Both the position numbers and the translations under genes were made by a program. DNA of 64,000 nt. Origin: an uncultured Solirubrobacteraceae bacterium (lineage in GTDB: Bacteria; Actinomycetota; Thermoleophilia; Solirubrobacterales; Solirubrobacteraceae). Positions 49,387 to 59,353 of the stretch are shown here, in pieces. The notes under the pieces were generated by a model. That model was given only the letters and a program-made list of their open reading frames with translations, ran no database searches and had not been told where the DNA came from. How positions within the stretch are numbered: position 1 is the first letter of the stretch; every line of letters begins with the position of its first letter. The stretch is taken from positions 2,532,498 through 2,596,497 of the forward strand of contig OY970348.1 of NCBI GenBank assembly GCA_963717665.1, written 5' to 3'.

Positions 49387-50112
49387 GTGACGCTGATCGC
49401 CGCACTCCGCTGTCGCGAGGGCGTTGTGCTCTGCTCCGACAGCCAACAGTCCAGGGGCGTCCGTGGAAGGCGACTCGCTCGACCCGTGCGGAAGGTCTAC
49501 GAGCCTCGTCGTGGGTTCCTGATTGCTGCCGCCGGCGCTCAGGATGTGGCTCAGGAGTTCGCTCTCCGGCTCCAGCGCGCGCCTGGCATATCGCCAAATG
49601 TCGATCGCCTGCAATTGAAGTCCAGTCTCCAAGAGCTGTTGAGTTCGCTCCGCGACGATCCGAGCATCGAAGGACGTAGCGACCATGTCGAGTTCCTGCT
49701 CGCCTGGTGGTCGTACCCGGAGCGCAAGCCGGTCGCGCTGCATCTGCTGAGCGGTGGCGCGGGTGAGTGGGTCGACGGCTGGGCTTTCGGCGGCGTGCCG
49801 CTCGGCATCGAGATGGCGAGCTTCGCGATCGGGACTATGCGCTACCTCGATCCGAGCGCGCTTCCACTCAAGCAAGCCGAGGTCGTTGCGCTGAAGGTGC
49901 TCCGCGACACGATCGAGGTCGGCGTTGAGGGGATTGCTGGGGACGTTCAGCTGGGCATCGTCGCGCACGATGGCATAAGGCACGTCGCCGGCGCGGAGAT
50001 GCGAACACTGCAGCGCACGGTCGATTTGTGGGAGGCGCGTTGCGCCGAGCTCTTGCGTGAGACGCGGGATGATCGAGCGTCGCCCTCCGCCCGCGCGGGA
50101 AGCGGAAGATAG
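49387..50112 (+). CDS. Proteasome beta-subunit-like Ntn hydrolase (Thr1)
   Basis: GTG-ACG start gives Thr1 after Met removal: T1-LIAAL..EGVVLCS-D17-SQ...K35, IAAAG. Confidence 0.7.
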   Translation: MTLIAALRCREGVVLCSDSQQSRGVRGRRLARPVRKVYEPRRGFLIAAAGAQDVAQEFALRLQRAPGISPNVDRLQLKSSLQELLSSLRDDPSIEGRSDHVEFLLAWWSYPERKPVALHLLSGGAGEWVDGWAFGGVPLGIEMASFAIGTMRYLDPSALPLKQAEVVALKVLRDTIEVGVEGIAGDVQLGIVAHDGIRHVAGAEMRTLQRTVDLWEARCAELLRETRDDRASPSARAGSGR

Positions 50113-50122
50113 GATCAGGCGC

Positions 50123-51277
50123 GTGATCGGACGCGCTCGAGGCGGCTCTTTGCGGCTGGTCCGCATCTGCCTCACACTTGGGCTGCTCGCGCTCTGTCAC
50201 CTGCCGACTGCCACAGCGAGCGCGAGCGTACCAGCGCTTCGTGCCGAGCCGGCTCGCGCGACGCAGTCGGAATGTCGCCGGGGTTCCGGCGTGGCGCATC
50301 GTGAGTGTCCGAAGCTGAAAGCGAGGCCACACCTGATCTCGCTGGTGGCGGGTACCCCGATCTCCCCGGTGCTCGTCGGCAACAAGTACGCGATCGAAGG
50401 GGGGCGGTGGTCCGCGCTGCGCCCCCTGCACCTGTCCTTCGAATGGCTCGATCCGCGTGGACGGCGCCTCTCGCGCGCGGTCAGCTTCGTCGTGACGCCG
50501 GCGCTGGCAGGCAAGCTCGTTGCGGCCCGGATCTGCGCGAGCACACGGGTCGCCGCCAACTGCCTCAAGCTCAGGCTTCCGGCTCCCGTTCGGACCGTTG
50601 CGCAGTACCTGCAGTCGAGCTGCGGCGCGCACCGCCCTGTCCCGCCCGCGTTCGACCCCAACTTCGTCCTGCTCTCGTCGCCGCAGGTCGGCCACGGATG
50701 GAATCCGTGCCGCGTCGATGCCTGGGCGATCGACACCTATGGCGAGCCGCCGCTCGTCACGCCGGGCACGAGCTGGGAAGCGCTCATCTCCCAAGCACTC
50801 GCGCAGGCGTCAGGCGCCACAGGCATCGCCTTCGAACGCTCACTCGACTTCGTGGCGCCCCCTGCGACGGCATCGAGCCAGCCGCCCGGCGTGACGCTAG
50901 CGATCGGCTTCGGGCCACAGGCGCCGGGAATCGCCGGCATCGGCGGTCCCACCGTCGGCGCCGGGCCGTTCTCGATCGACGGCAGCGTGGAGCTCGACTC
51001 GCAGAAAACGTGGCAGGCGCCCGAAGCGCTGACCGTGCTCCTGCACGAGATCGGACACGCCCTCGGCCTCGGCCATCCTCTCCCGCCGCCTGCGCCTGCG
51101 CTCGAAAACGAGATCATGGACAGCGGCAACTACCAGTTCACGACCTACCAGGCCGGCGACTTGTGCGGGCTGTTCGAGGTGACCTGGCAGCAGCCCTGCG
51201 CCGGTGCGGCGGCCGTCACGCCCGGACAGGGAGACGGTGGCATCCCCGTCGCCGATTCCAGCCGGCAGATTCCCTGA
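50123..51277 (+). CDS. Secreted metzincin (matrixin-like) metalloprotease with an Ig-like N-terminal region
   Basis: Signal-like N-terminus; HEIGHALGLGH zinc motif and Met-turn EIMD. Confidence 0.75.
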   Translation: MIGRARGGSLRLVRICLTLGLLALCHLPTATASASVPALRAEPARATQSECRRGSGVAHRECPKLKARPHLISLVAGTPISPVLVGNKYAIEGGRWSALRPLHLSFEWLDPRGRRLSRAVSFVVTPALAGKLVAARICASTRVAANCLKLRLPAPVRTVAQYLQSSCGAHRPVPPAFDPNFVLLSSPQVGHGWNPCRVDAWAIDTYGEPPLVTPGTSWEALISQALAQASGATGIAFERSLDFVAPPATASSQPPGVTLAIGFGPQAPGIAGIGGPTVGAGPFSIDGSVELDSQKTWQAPEALTVLLHEIGHALGLGHPLPPPAPALENEIMDSGNYQFTTYQAGDLCGLFEVTWQQPCAGAAAVTPGQGDGGIPVADSSRQIP

Positions 51278-51355
51278 CAGCAGCAAGCGCGGCGATGAGA
51301 TCGGCGAGTCAGTTCCGTCGTTAGGCCGAGACCACTTCAGAACGGAGGCCGCAGC

Positions 51356-51760
51356 ATGGACTGGAAGCTGGAATTGATCGTCGTCCCCGCGTCAGACGTC
51401 GACCGCGCCAAGGCGTTCTACCTCGAGCAGGCCGGCTTCGAGCTGCTCGTCGACCACCGCGCCGGCGAGGACTTCCGCGTCGTGCAGATGACACCGCCCG
51501 GCTCGGCCTGCGCGATCGCAGTGATGAAGCAGCCCGAGCGTGCCGGCAGCCTGCTCGGCCTGCATCTGATCGTGCCCGACATCGACGCCGCCCGTGGCGA
51601 GCTCGCCGAGCGCGGTGTCGAGACGAGCGAGGTGTTCCACTTCGGCGAGGGCGGCCAGCAGCCTGGGCACGATCCCGAGCGGCGCGACTACAACTCGTTC
51701 GTCAGCTTCAGCGACCCCGATGGGAACGGGTGGCTAGTGCAGGAGGTCAAGAGCGCTTAG
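51356..51760 (+). CDS. VOC/glyoxalase-family protein
   Basis: DVDRAKAFY, QMTPPGS, FSDPDGNGW.VQE. Confidence 0.9.
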   Translation: MDWKLELIVVPASDVDRAKAFYLEQAGFELLVDHRAGEDFRVVQMTPPGSACAIAVMKQPERAGSLLGLHLIVPDIDAARGELAERGVETSEVFHFGEGGQQPGHDPERRDYNSFVSFSDPDGNGWLVQEVKSA

Positions 51761-51761
51761 C

Positions 51762-53675
51762 TCAAGCCGGATGTGGCGCGCTTGGCCACAGCTGCGTCCC
51801 CGGCTCGGTCAGCGCGACGACGCGATCGCCGTCCTGGCCGTGGGCAGCGCGCGCGTCCTCGGCCGCCTCGCTGCCGGCCGCCGGGCTGTCTTGCGCCGAC
51901 CCCGCCAGCTCCGCCCGCCGCGTCCGCGTTGCCTCCTCGTCGAGCGTCCCGTCCTCCCCGACCACGACGCCGTAGACCTCGCGCGCCCGCTCCGCGCTGA
52001 CCCACCCGTCGGCGAGGTCATGCAACACGCGCTCCACCTCGCGCTCGTGCGGCGGCCCGTAACCGCCGCCGCCGGTTGAGATCGAGATGACCGTCTCGCC
52101 GGGCTGCAGGACGACACGCGCCCACGCGTCGAGCGCGACGACCTCGCCGCTGGCCTTGCGCATCGCCGGTCGGCAGAGCGCACCGGACTGCCCACCGCGC
52201 ACGCCGAGCGCCGGGTTGACCGTGCCGTCGGCCGCGTAGAGCACTTCGAGCTCGGTGTCGACAGGGCCGTACTCGATGTACAGCGAAGGAGCCCCGCGGA
52301 AGCGGCCAGCGCCCTCCGTGTCGGGCACGATCCGGTCGGCCCACACGCGGATCGGGCGCAGCAGCTCGAGCACCTCGGTCGAGTCGCGCATCATCGAGCC
52401 GCCGTCGCTCGTCTCGCCGTTGGTCATCCAGCCGTCGCCGTGCGGGTGCCCCGCGCCGCCCGAGTTGCCGAGGATCATCATGTCCACGAACGGCGCGTTG
52501 CCGTGGCGCGGGTCGAGGCCCGACAGGCTGGCAACCGCCGGCGGACACTCCGGCCCGGCCGATGCCATGCCCAGGCCGTCCTCGAACTCGGCGAGCGTGC
52601 GCTGGACGATGCCCGCGAGTCGCTCTGCGAGCCCGGTCGTCGCCAGCGAGCAGCTCGCCGGATGCACGGGGATGCCGACGCAGCAGTTCTCGCGCAGGAG
52701 AATCTTCACCGCGCGCCCACTGCCGGTGTTTCGCGGGATCGACTCGCCGATGCTGTTGAACACGCCGATCAGCGACGAAGTAGCCGACGTCGATTCGGTC
52801 AGGTTCAAGCCGCACGGCAGGCAGTCGGGATTGTCGCGCAGGTCTACCTCGATCTCACCCGCCTGCGGGTCGACGGAGACCGTGACCTTCATCTCGACGC
52901 CGTTCTCGACGCCGGGCAGTGGCACGGCGTCGTGCACGTCGTAGCCCGTGCGTGTGCCTGCCGGCAGCTTGCGGATCCGCGCGCGCATCCGCTCCTCGCT
53001 GTAGTCGAGCCAGTCGGCGACGTAGCGGTCGAACACATCCCAGCCGACCTCTTCGCCGACCTTCATCAGCTCACGCTCGCCGACGCGCGCGGCGCCGATC
53101 ATGCCGATGTAGTCGCCGTACCAGTCGTCGGGGACGCGGATCCGCGACATGCACATCCGGATGATGTCCTCGACGTCCTCGTAGCCCTCTTGGACCTTCA
53201 CGCACGGGAAGATCAGCGCCCCCTCCTCGTAGACGTCGCGCGGCGTCGCCATCAGCGTCGTCGGTTCGGAGTTGCCGATGTCGGCCATGTGCGCCTTGAC
53301 GACGGCCGTCGCGCGCTGTCGTCCCTCGTCGTCGAGGACCGGCACGACGATGCAGTAATCGCCCGCGTGCGAGTTACCGTGGTAGGGCGAGTTGTGGATG
53401 AACGCGTCGCCGCGACGCGGTCGCGGGTGGAACTCGCGCAGCCAGCGGCTGATCACGTCGGGACCGGAGATCACGTGGATCGGCAGCGACTCGGCCATCA
53501 CGAGCATCTCGTGGTTGGCCGTGACGATGCAGCAGGAGAAGTCGCGCGCCGTGTTCAGCAAGCTCGAGCGCGCCGTGCGGAACAGCGTGTTGGTCATCTT
53601 GCGAACGACGCCTTCCATGCGGTTGGTCATCACCGCGAGCGTCACCACGTCGCGCGGTTGGGAGCGCTCGCCCAT
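51762..53675 (-). CDS. Hydantoinase B/oxoprolinase family subunit
   Basis: RDFSC, HNSPYHGNSHAGD, KAHMADIG, VYEEG, GAGRFRG, GGGGYG. Confidence 0.92.
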   Translation of the reverse strand: MGERSQPRDVVTLAVMTNRMEGVVRKMTNTLFRTARSSLLNTARDFSCCIVTANHEMLVMAESLPIHVISGPDVISRWLREFHPRPRRGDAFIHNSPYHGNSHAGDYCIVVPVLDDEGRQRATAVVKAHMADIGNSEPTTLMATPRDVYEEGALIFPCVKVQEGYEDVEDIIRMCMSRIRVPDDWYGDYIGMIGAARVGERELMKVGEEVGWDVFDRYVADWLDYSEERMRARIRKLPAGTRTGYDVHDAVPLPGVENGVEMKVTVSVDPQAGEIEVDLRDNPDCLPCGLNLTESTSATSSLIGVFNSIGESIPRNTGSGRAVKILLRENCCVGIPVHPASCSLATTGLAERLAGIVQRTLAEFEDGLGMASAGPECPPAVASLSGLDPRHGNAPFVDMMILGNSGGAGHPHGDGWMTNGETSDGGSMMRDSTEVLELLRPIRVWADRIVPDTEGAGRFRGAPSLYIEYGPVDTELEVLYAADGTVNPALGVRGGQSGALCRPAMRKASGEVVALDAWARVVLQPGETVISISTGGGGYGPPHEREVERVLHDLADGWVSAERAREVYGVVVGEDGTLDEEATRTRRAELAGSAQDSPAAGSEAAEDARAAHGQDGDRVVALTEPGTQLWPSAPHPA

Positions 53676-55791
53676 CAGATCTCTGCCTTCGTGCTCTGCT
53701 CGGCGGCCGGGCGCGCCGACTCGAGTCCACCCGGCGCGATCGTCAGACTGCCGCTCGCCGTGCGTTCCGCGCTCGCGCCCGGGTTCAGCACGATCGTCGT
53801 GAACGACGACTCGACGATCGCCGGTCCAGCGAACTGCGCACCCGGCGTCATCGCCTCCAATCTCAGGATCGCCGCGTTGACGGCGCCGATGCCGCTGAAG
53901 TAGACGCTGCGCATGCCCGAGCTCGAGTGCCCATGTGCGAGCGCCACCGTATCCTGCACGCCGCCCTGCAGCGGGCAGTTCACGCGCGCGCGCAGATTGA
54001 CCACCTCGACCACCGCGCGCTCGTCGCGCACCGCGTAGACCTGCTCGTGGATCGCGTGGAAGTCCTCCACCAGGAACGCGACGTCCTGTGCCGAGGCCAG
54101 CCGCCCATCACGCAGGCGCACATCGAGTTGCCACACCTGATGGCGGTAGCGCGCCTCGGCGACGAACTCGATCTCCGCGTCCGTCGCGCCGTTGCGCTCG
54201 GCGAACTGCTCGCAGCGCTCGCGCAGCCCGTCGAGCACGGCCTGCGCACCGTCGTGGTCGAAAAGGTCTGAGCCCGTGAACAGCGCCGCCGCGTACTCGC
54301 TTGTCAGGTCCGACATCAGCGCCCCGCGCGCGCTCAGCACGGCGCCCGCCTGCGGGATCACCACGCGGCGCGAGCCGAGCCGGCGCGCGATCGCGACCGC
54401 GTTCAGCCCCGCCGCGCCACCGCCGCCGACGAGCACCGCCGTGCGCGGGTCGACGCCCTGGTTGACCGTGATCTCCTCGATCGCCTGCACCATCCGCTCG
54501 GTCGCCACCGCCATGATCGCCGCCGCCGCCTCGTTGACGTCGAGCTCGAGCGGGTCGGCGACCTGCTCGGCGATTGCCGCTCGCGAGCCCGGCGCGTCGA
54601 GCGCCATCTCGCCGCCGAGGAAGTAGTCCGGGTCGATGTAGCCGAGCACGACGCACGCGTCGGTGACCGTCGGCTGCGTTCCGCCGCGCCCGTAGCAGAC
54701 CGGCCCCGGGTCGGCCCCCGCGCTCTGCGGGCCCACGTGCAGTAGACCGCCAGCGTCGATCCACGCGATCGAGCCGCCGCCCGCACCGACGCTGCGCACG
54801 TCGACTGCCGGGAAGCCCGTGATGTGCCCCTCGTACTCGAGCCCGAGCCATGTCTCGCGCGTGACCGGGATGCGCCCGCGGCGCACGAGCGTCACGTCGT
54901 AGCTCGTGCCGCCCGTGTCCGCGACGACCGCGTTCTCGCTCGACCCGTCGAGCGCCGCGTAGTGGCGTCCCGCGATCGGAGCCATCGCCGGCCCGGAGTT
55001 GATCGAGTGGATCGGCGCCGCGCGCCATGTCCGCCGCGTCGACGACGCCACCGCTCGAGGTCACCATCAGCAGGCGCCCGCCGAAGCCCTCCTCGCGCAG
55101 GCGTCCCTCGAGGTTCTCGAGGTAGCTCGTCATCAGCGGCTTCAACGACGCGTCGATCGCCGTCGAGGACGCGCGGCGGTACTCGCGCAGCGTCGGGTTC
55201 AGCGCATGCGAGAGCGTGTGCGGCACGCCCGGCAGGTGCTCCGCCAGCAGCTCGCCGAGGCGCAGCTCGTGCGCCGGGTTCGCGATCGACCACAGCAGGC
55301 AGACGGCCACCGACTCCACGCCCTCCGCTGCCAGCCGGCCGATGCTCGCCACCGCCGCGGCCTCGTCGAGCGGCTGCACGACCTCGCCCTGGCTGCCGAT
55401 CCGCTCGGCGATCTCGTACGTCAGCGCGCGCGGGATGTACGGGTCCGGGATAGCCATAGCTCCAGTTGAACGGTTCCGTGCGCCCGCCCTCGCGCAGCAG
55501 CAGCATGTCTGGATGCCCGCGCGTGCAGAGCAGCGCCGTGCGCGCCGTCGTCTCCGTCAGGATCGCGTTGATCGCGCGTGTCGTGCCGTGGATGAACAGC
55601 TCGACCGAGCCGAGGAAGTCGGCCAGCTCGCGGCCCGCGTCCGCCGCCGCGAGGGCGATCGCGTCGAGGATCCCGTCGGCTGGTTCCTGCGGCGTCGTCG
55701 AGGCCTTGTACAGGCGCACGTCCTCGCCCGCTTCCACGACCAAGTCCGTGAACGTGCCGCCCGTGTCAGCTGCCAGCCGCATGCCCGCCAT
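53675..55791 (-). CDS. Hydantoinase A/oxoprolinase family subunit (two frameshifts near 55450 and 55020)
   Basis: [57 protein letters not shown]. Confidence 0.9.
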
Positions 55792-55971
55792 CGCTCCGCG
55801 CCGCTTCTCTCGAGCGATCCCGCCCCGATCTCCGTCGTTCGATATTTCGGAGCATGGACGGATAAACCGTACCAGCGCCGCACGCTGCGCGCCAACTCGG
55901 GCGAGCCTGTCTCTGACACGTGCCCGCTGTCTGCGGGTCGCTCATGGCGGCTTTCGCCGGGCGCGAGCCGC

Positions 55972-56595
55972 TCAGCGCGCCGAGGCCTTCGCCGCCGTCG
56001 GCGCCCCATCCGCCTCCGGCACCTCGCCGAACAACGTGCGGATCACCTCCTCGCGGATGCGCACGCTGTCGAGCGCAGCCTCCGAGGTCAGCGCCTGCAG
56101 GGTCAGGCCGTTGAGGATCGCGTCCAGCCGCCACGCCCATGGGATCGCGCCGTTCTCCTGCGGTGGCACGAGTCCCTCGAGCGCTTTGTCGAGCAGCTCG
56201 TACCACGGGATCAGCCGCGACTCGATCGTGTGGCGCAGGCCTGCCAAGCGCACCGCCTCGCCGTAGGCGTTGATCCACACGCGCCACGTCTCGTCCACCT
56301 CCTGCCCCTCTTCCAGGGAGCTGTCGAGCAGCGCCGCCAGCCGTTCGCGGCCCGGCGGCACGTCCTCGATCGCCGCGCGCATGCGCGCCTGCGCTCGCTC
56401 GGAGACGAACACCAGCGCCTGCTGGAGCAGGTCCTGGCGGTTGGCGAAGTAGTGGTTGAGCATCCCCGTGCTCACGCCCGCCTCCTCGGCGACCATCCGC
56501 ATCGTCGTGCCGGCGAAGCCCTCGCGCGAGATCACCGTCGCTGCCGCGCGGCAGATCTGCTCTCGTCGTATCGGCCCCATCCCGAGCTTTGGCAA
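55972..56595 (-). CDS. BetI-like TetR-family repressor
   Basis: N-terminus MPKLGMGPIRREQI, similar to BetI; AGVSTGMLNHYF HTH. Confidence 0.85.
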   Translation of the reverse strand: MPKLGMGPIRREQICRAAATVISREGFAGTTMRMVAEEAGVSTGMLNHYFANRQDLLQQALVFVSERAQARMRAAIEDVPPGRERLAALLDSSLEEGQEVDETWRVWINAYGEAVRLAGLRHTIESRLIPWYELLDKALEGLVPPQENGAIPWAWRLDAILNGLTLQALTSEAALDSVRIREEVIRTLFGEVPEADGAPTAAKASAR

Positions 56596-56736
56596 AGCGT
56601 CCCCTTCTCGTCGGTTCCCTGCCAGGTTCGCCCTCGCCGGACCCGAGTCGGACTGGTCCGCACCAGCTGGCGAGCGCCCGCGGCACCGTGATCCTACCTG
56701 CTGAGCAGGGCGTCTTATTCGTGTCTTTCAACTCGC

Positions 56737-56787
56737 TTGCGAACGCCTCCGCACGTGCCTATAGTCGCATATCGAGTGATCGATTTG
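56737..56787 (+). promoter_or_regulatory. Sigma70-type promoter plus near-perfect palindromic operator
   Basis: TTGCGA-N17-TATAGT, then CATATCGA-GTGA-TCGATTTG (56768-56787). Confidence 0.75.
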
Positions 56788-56819
56788 CAAAAATTCCAGG
56801 CGAGCAAAGGAAGCGAGAA

Positions 56820-57203
56820 ATGAGCATCGAGCGTCTGACCACAAATCCCGCCGCAGGCTTCGCCGACGCGGTCACGACCTCTGGCGCCGGGCGCACGATC
56901 TACGTCTCCGGCAACGTCGGCTTCGGCCCCGAAGGCAAGGTCGTCGATGGGGGCATGGGCGCCGAGGCCGAGGCCACCTTCGACAACATCGAGCGCGTGC
57001 TCGAGCAGGCCGGCGCCGACTTCTCGCAGATCGTCAAGATCAACGCCTTCATCACCGACCTCGACGAATACGCCGACTACGCGGCCGTGCGCGAACGGCG
57101 CTTCGGCGACAAACTGCCCGCCAGCGCGACCGTGCAGGTGGCCGGCCTGCTCGTCGGCGCGCACATCGAGATCGACGCCGTCGCCTTCGTGCCGCAGGAC
57201 TGA
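56820..57203 (+). CDS. Rid (YjgF/YER057c) family protein
   Basis: IYVSG, NIERVL..AGA....IVK, PASATVQVAGL....IEIDAVA. Confidence 0.88.
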   Translation: MSIERLTTNPAAGFADAVTTSGAGRTIYVSGNVGFGPEGKVVDGGMGAEAEATFDNIERVLEQAGADFSQIVKINAFITDLDEYADYAAVRERRFGDKLPASATVQVAGLLVGAHIEIDAVAFVPQD

Positions 57204-57217
57204 ATGGCGCCGGCGCG

Positions 57218-59353
57218 TTGAGCAAGCCCGCAGCACGGATCACCTGCGACGTCGGCGGGACGTTCACCGACGTCGTCGTCACGCGACGAGCGGCGGCCGC
57301 GTGACGATCGGCAAGGCGCTGACCACGCCCGCGCGCCTGTTCGACGGGCTGCGCGCCGCGATCGGCGCGCCGCCGAGCCGAGCTCGACCGAACCGCTCGG
57401 CGAGCTGCTCGCCCGACGCGAGCTGTTCGTCTACGCACCACGCAGGCGACCAACGCGATCCTCGAGGGCACGACCGCGCGCACGGCGCTGCTCTGCACCG
57501 AGGGCTTCCCCGACATCCTCGTGCGCCGCGAGGGCGGCTCGCTGCACCCCTACGACTTCAGCCGCCCCTTCCCCGAGCCCTACGTCCCGCGGCACCTCAC
57601 CTTCGAGATCGCCGGAGCGGATCGGCGCCGAGGGCGACGTCGTCATCGCCGCTCGACGCGGCGCGGCCGAGCGCGGCGATCCGCGCGCCTGCGAGCGCGG
57701 AGGTCGAGGCGGTCGCGTCTGCCTGCTGTGGTCGATCGCCAACCCCGCGCACGAGCTCGCGCTCGGCGAGCTGATCGCAGAGCGAGCTGCCCGGCGTCCC
57801 CTACACGCTCTCGCACCAGCTCAACCCGATCATGCGCGAGTACCGCCGCACCTCGTGCACCGCGATCGACGCCTCGCTGAAGCCGCTGATGCAGGCGCCA
57901 CCTGCGCGAGATCGCAGAGCGGCCTGCGCGAGGCTGGCTTCGCCGGCGAGCTGCTCGCGGCGACTCTCGCTCGGCGGCGTCTGCCGATGGAGCGACCTGA
58001 TCGAGCGGCCCGATCTTCGTCGGTGCGCTCGGGCCCCTCGCTCGCGCCGGTCGCCGGCGCGCACCTACGCCGAGCGCCGAGCTCGACGGCTCGCGACGTG
58101 ATCGTCTGCGACACCGGCGGCACCAGCTTCGACGTCAGCCTCGTCCGCGACGGCGACCGTCGTGTTCACGCGCGAGACCTGGCTCGGCGAGCCGTTCGCC
58201 GGCCACCTCACCGGCCTCTCCTCGGTCGACGTGCGCTCGATCGGCGCCGGCGGCGGCTCGATCGCCTGGGTCGACCGCGGGCGGCCTGCTGCGGGTCGGC
58301 CCCGAGAGCGCCGGCGCCGACCCCGGGCCCGCCTGCTACGGCGCGGCGGCACGCGAGCCGACCGTCACCGACGCCGCGGTCGTGCTCGGCTACCTCGATC
58401 CCGACAGCTTCCTCGGCGGCGAGATGACGCTCGACGCGGCCGCGGCGCGAGACCGCGATCGCACGAGCTCGCGGGCGCGCTCGGCATCGAGCCGCGACGA
58501 GGCGGCGGCCGGCGATCCTCACGCTCGCCAACGAGCACATGGTCGCCGCGATCAAGGAGATCACCGTCAACGAGGGCGTCGATCCGCGCGAGAGCGCGCT
58601 CGTCGCCGGCGGCGGCGCCGCCGGGCTGACGATCGCCGCGATCGCCCGCGAGCTCGGCTGCCGCGAGGTGCTGGTCCCGCGCACCGCCGGCGCGCCTCAG
58701 CGCCTTCGGCGGCCAGCACTGCGACATCGTCACGCGAGGCGGCCGCAGCCGTGTGTCACCGAGCTCGCGACGACTTCGACTTCGACGGGTCGGCGCGGCG
58801 CTCGACGCGATCGACGCGTCGCGCGAGCGGATGGTCGCGCGAGTCGCTGCGCGCCGCGGCGTCGCCGGGGCCACGCATCGACGCTACTTCGTCGAGGCCC
58901 GCTACGCCCACCAGGTCTGGGACGCTCGAGGTCCCGCTCGACGGCGACGCGGATCGACGACGAGGCCGCGCTCGCGCGCTCTGGTCGAGAGCTTCCACGA
59001 CGCCGCACGAGCGCGTCTTCGCCGTCGCGCGAGCCCGGGCCAGACGGTCGAGGTCGATCTACTGGAAGGGCCGGCTGATCGCCGCGACCGCCGAAGCCGC
59101 CGCTGCGGCGCGCCTGCGCGCCGGCGGCGGACGCGGCGGCCGGACGCCGGACTCGCGGCGCGCCGCCTTCTTCCCCGGCGTCGGCGAGGTCGAGACGCCG
59201 GTCTACGACGGCGGCTCGCTGCGCGCCCGGCACGCGGCTCGACGGGCCCGGCGCTCGTGATCGAGCCGACGACGACGATCGTCGTCTCCGCCCGGACGGT
59301 CACGCTCACGTGACCGAGCTCGGCAACTACCTGCTGGAGCTCGATGAGCGCCT
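57218..59353 (+). CDS. Second hydantoinase A/oxoprolinase subunit (heavily frameshifted)
   Basis: [54 protein letters not shown] across many frames. Confidence 0.82.

Noticed and set aside
49387-50112. Calling this prcB or hslV
   Set aside because: No propeptide, no prcA/pup/arc or hslU neighbours, and the GSG region is divergent.
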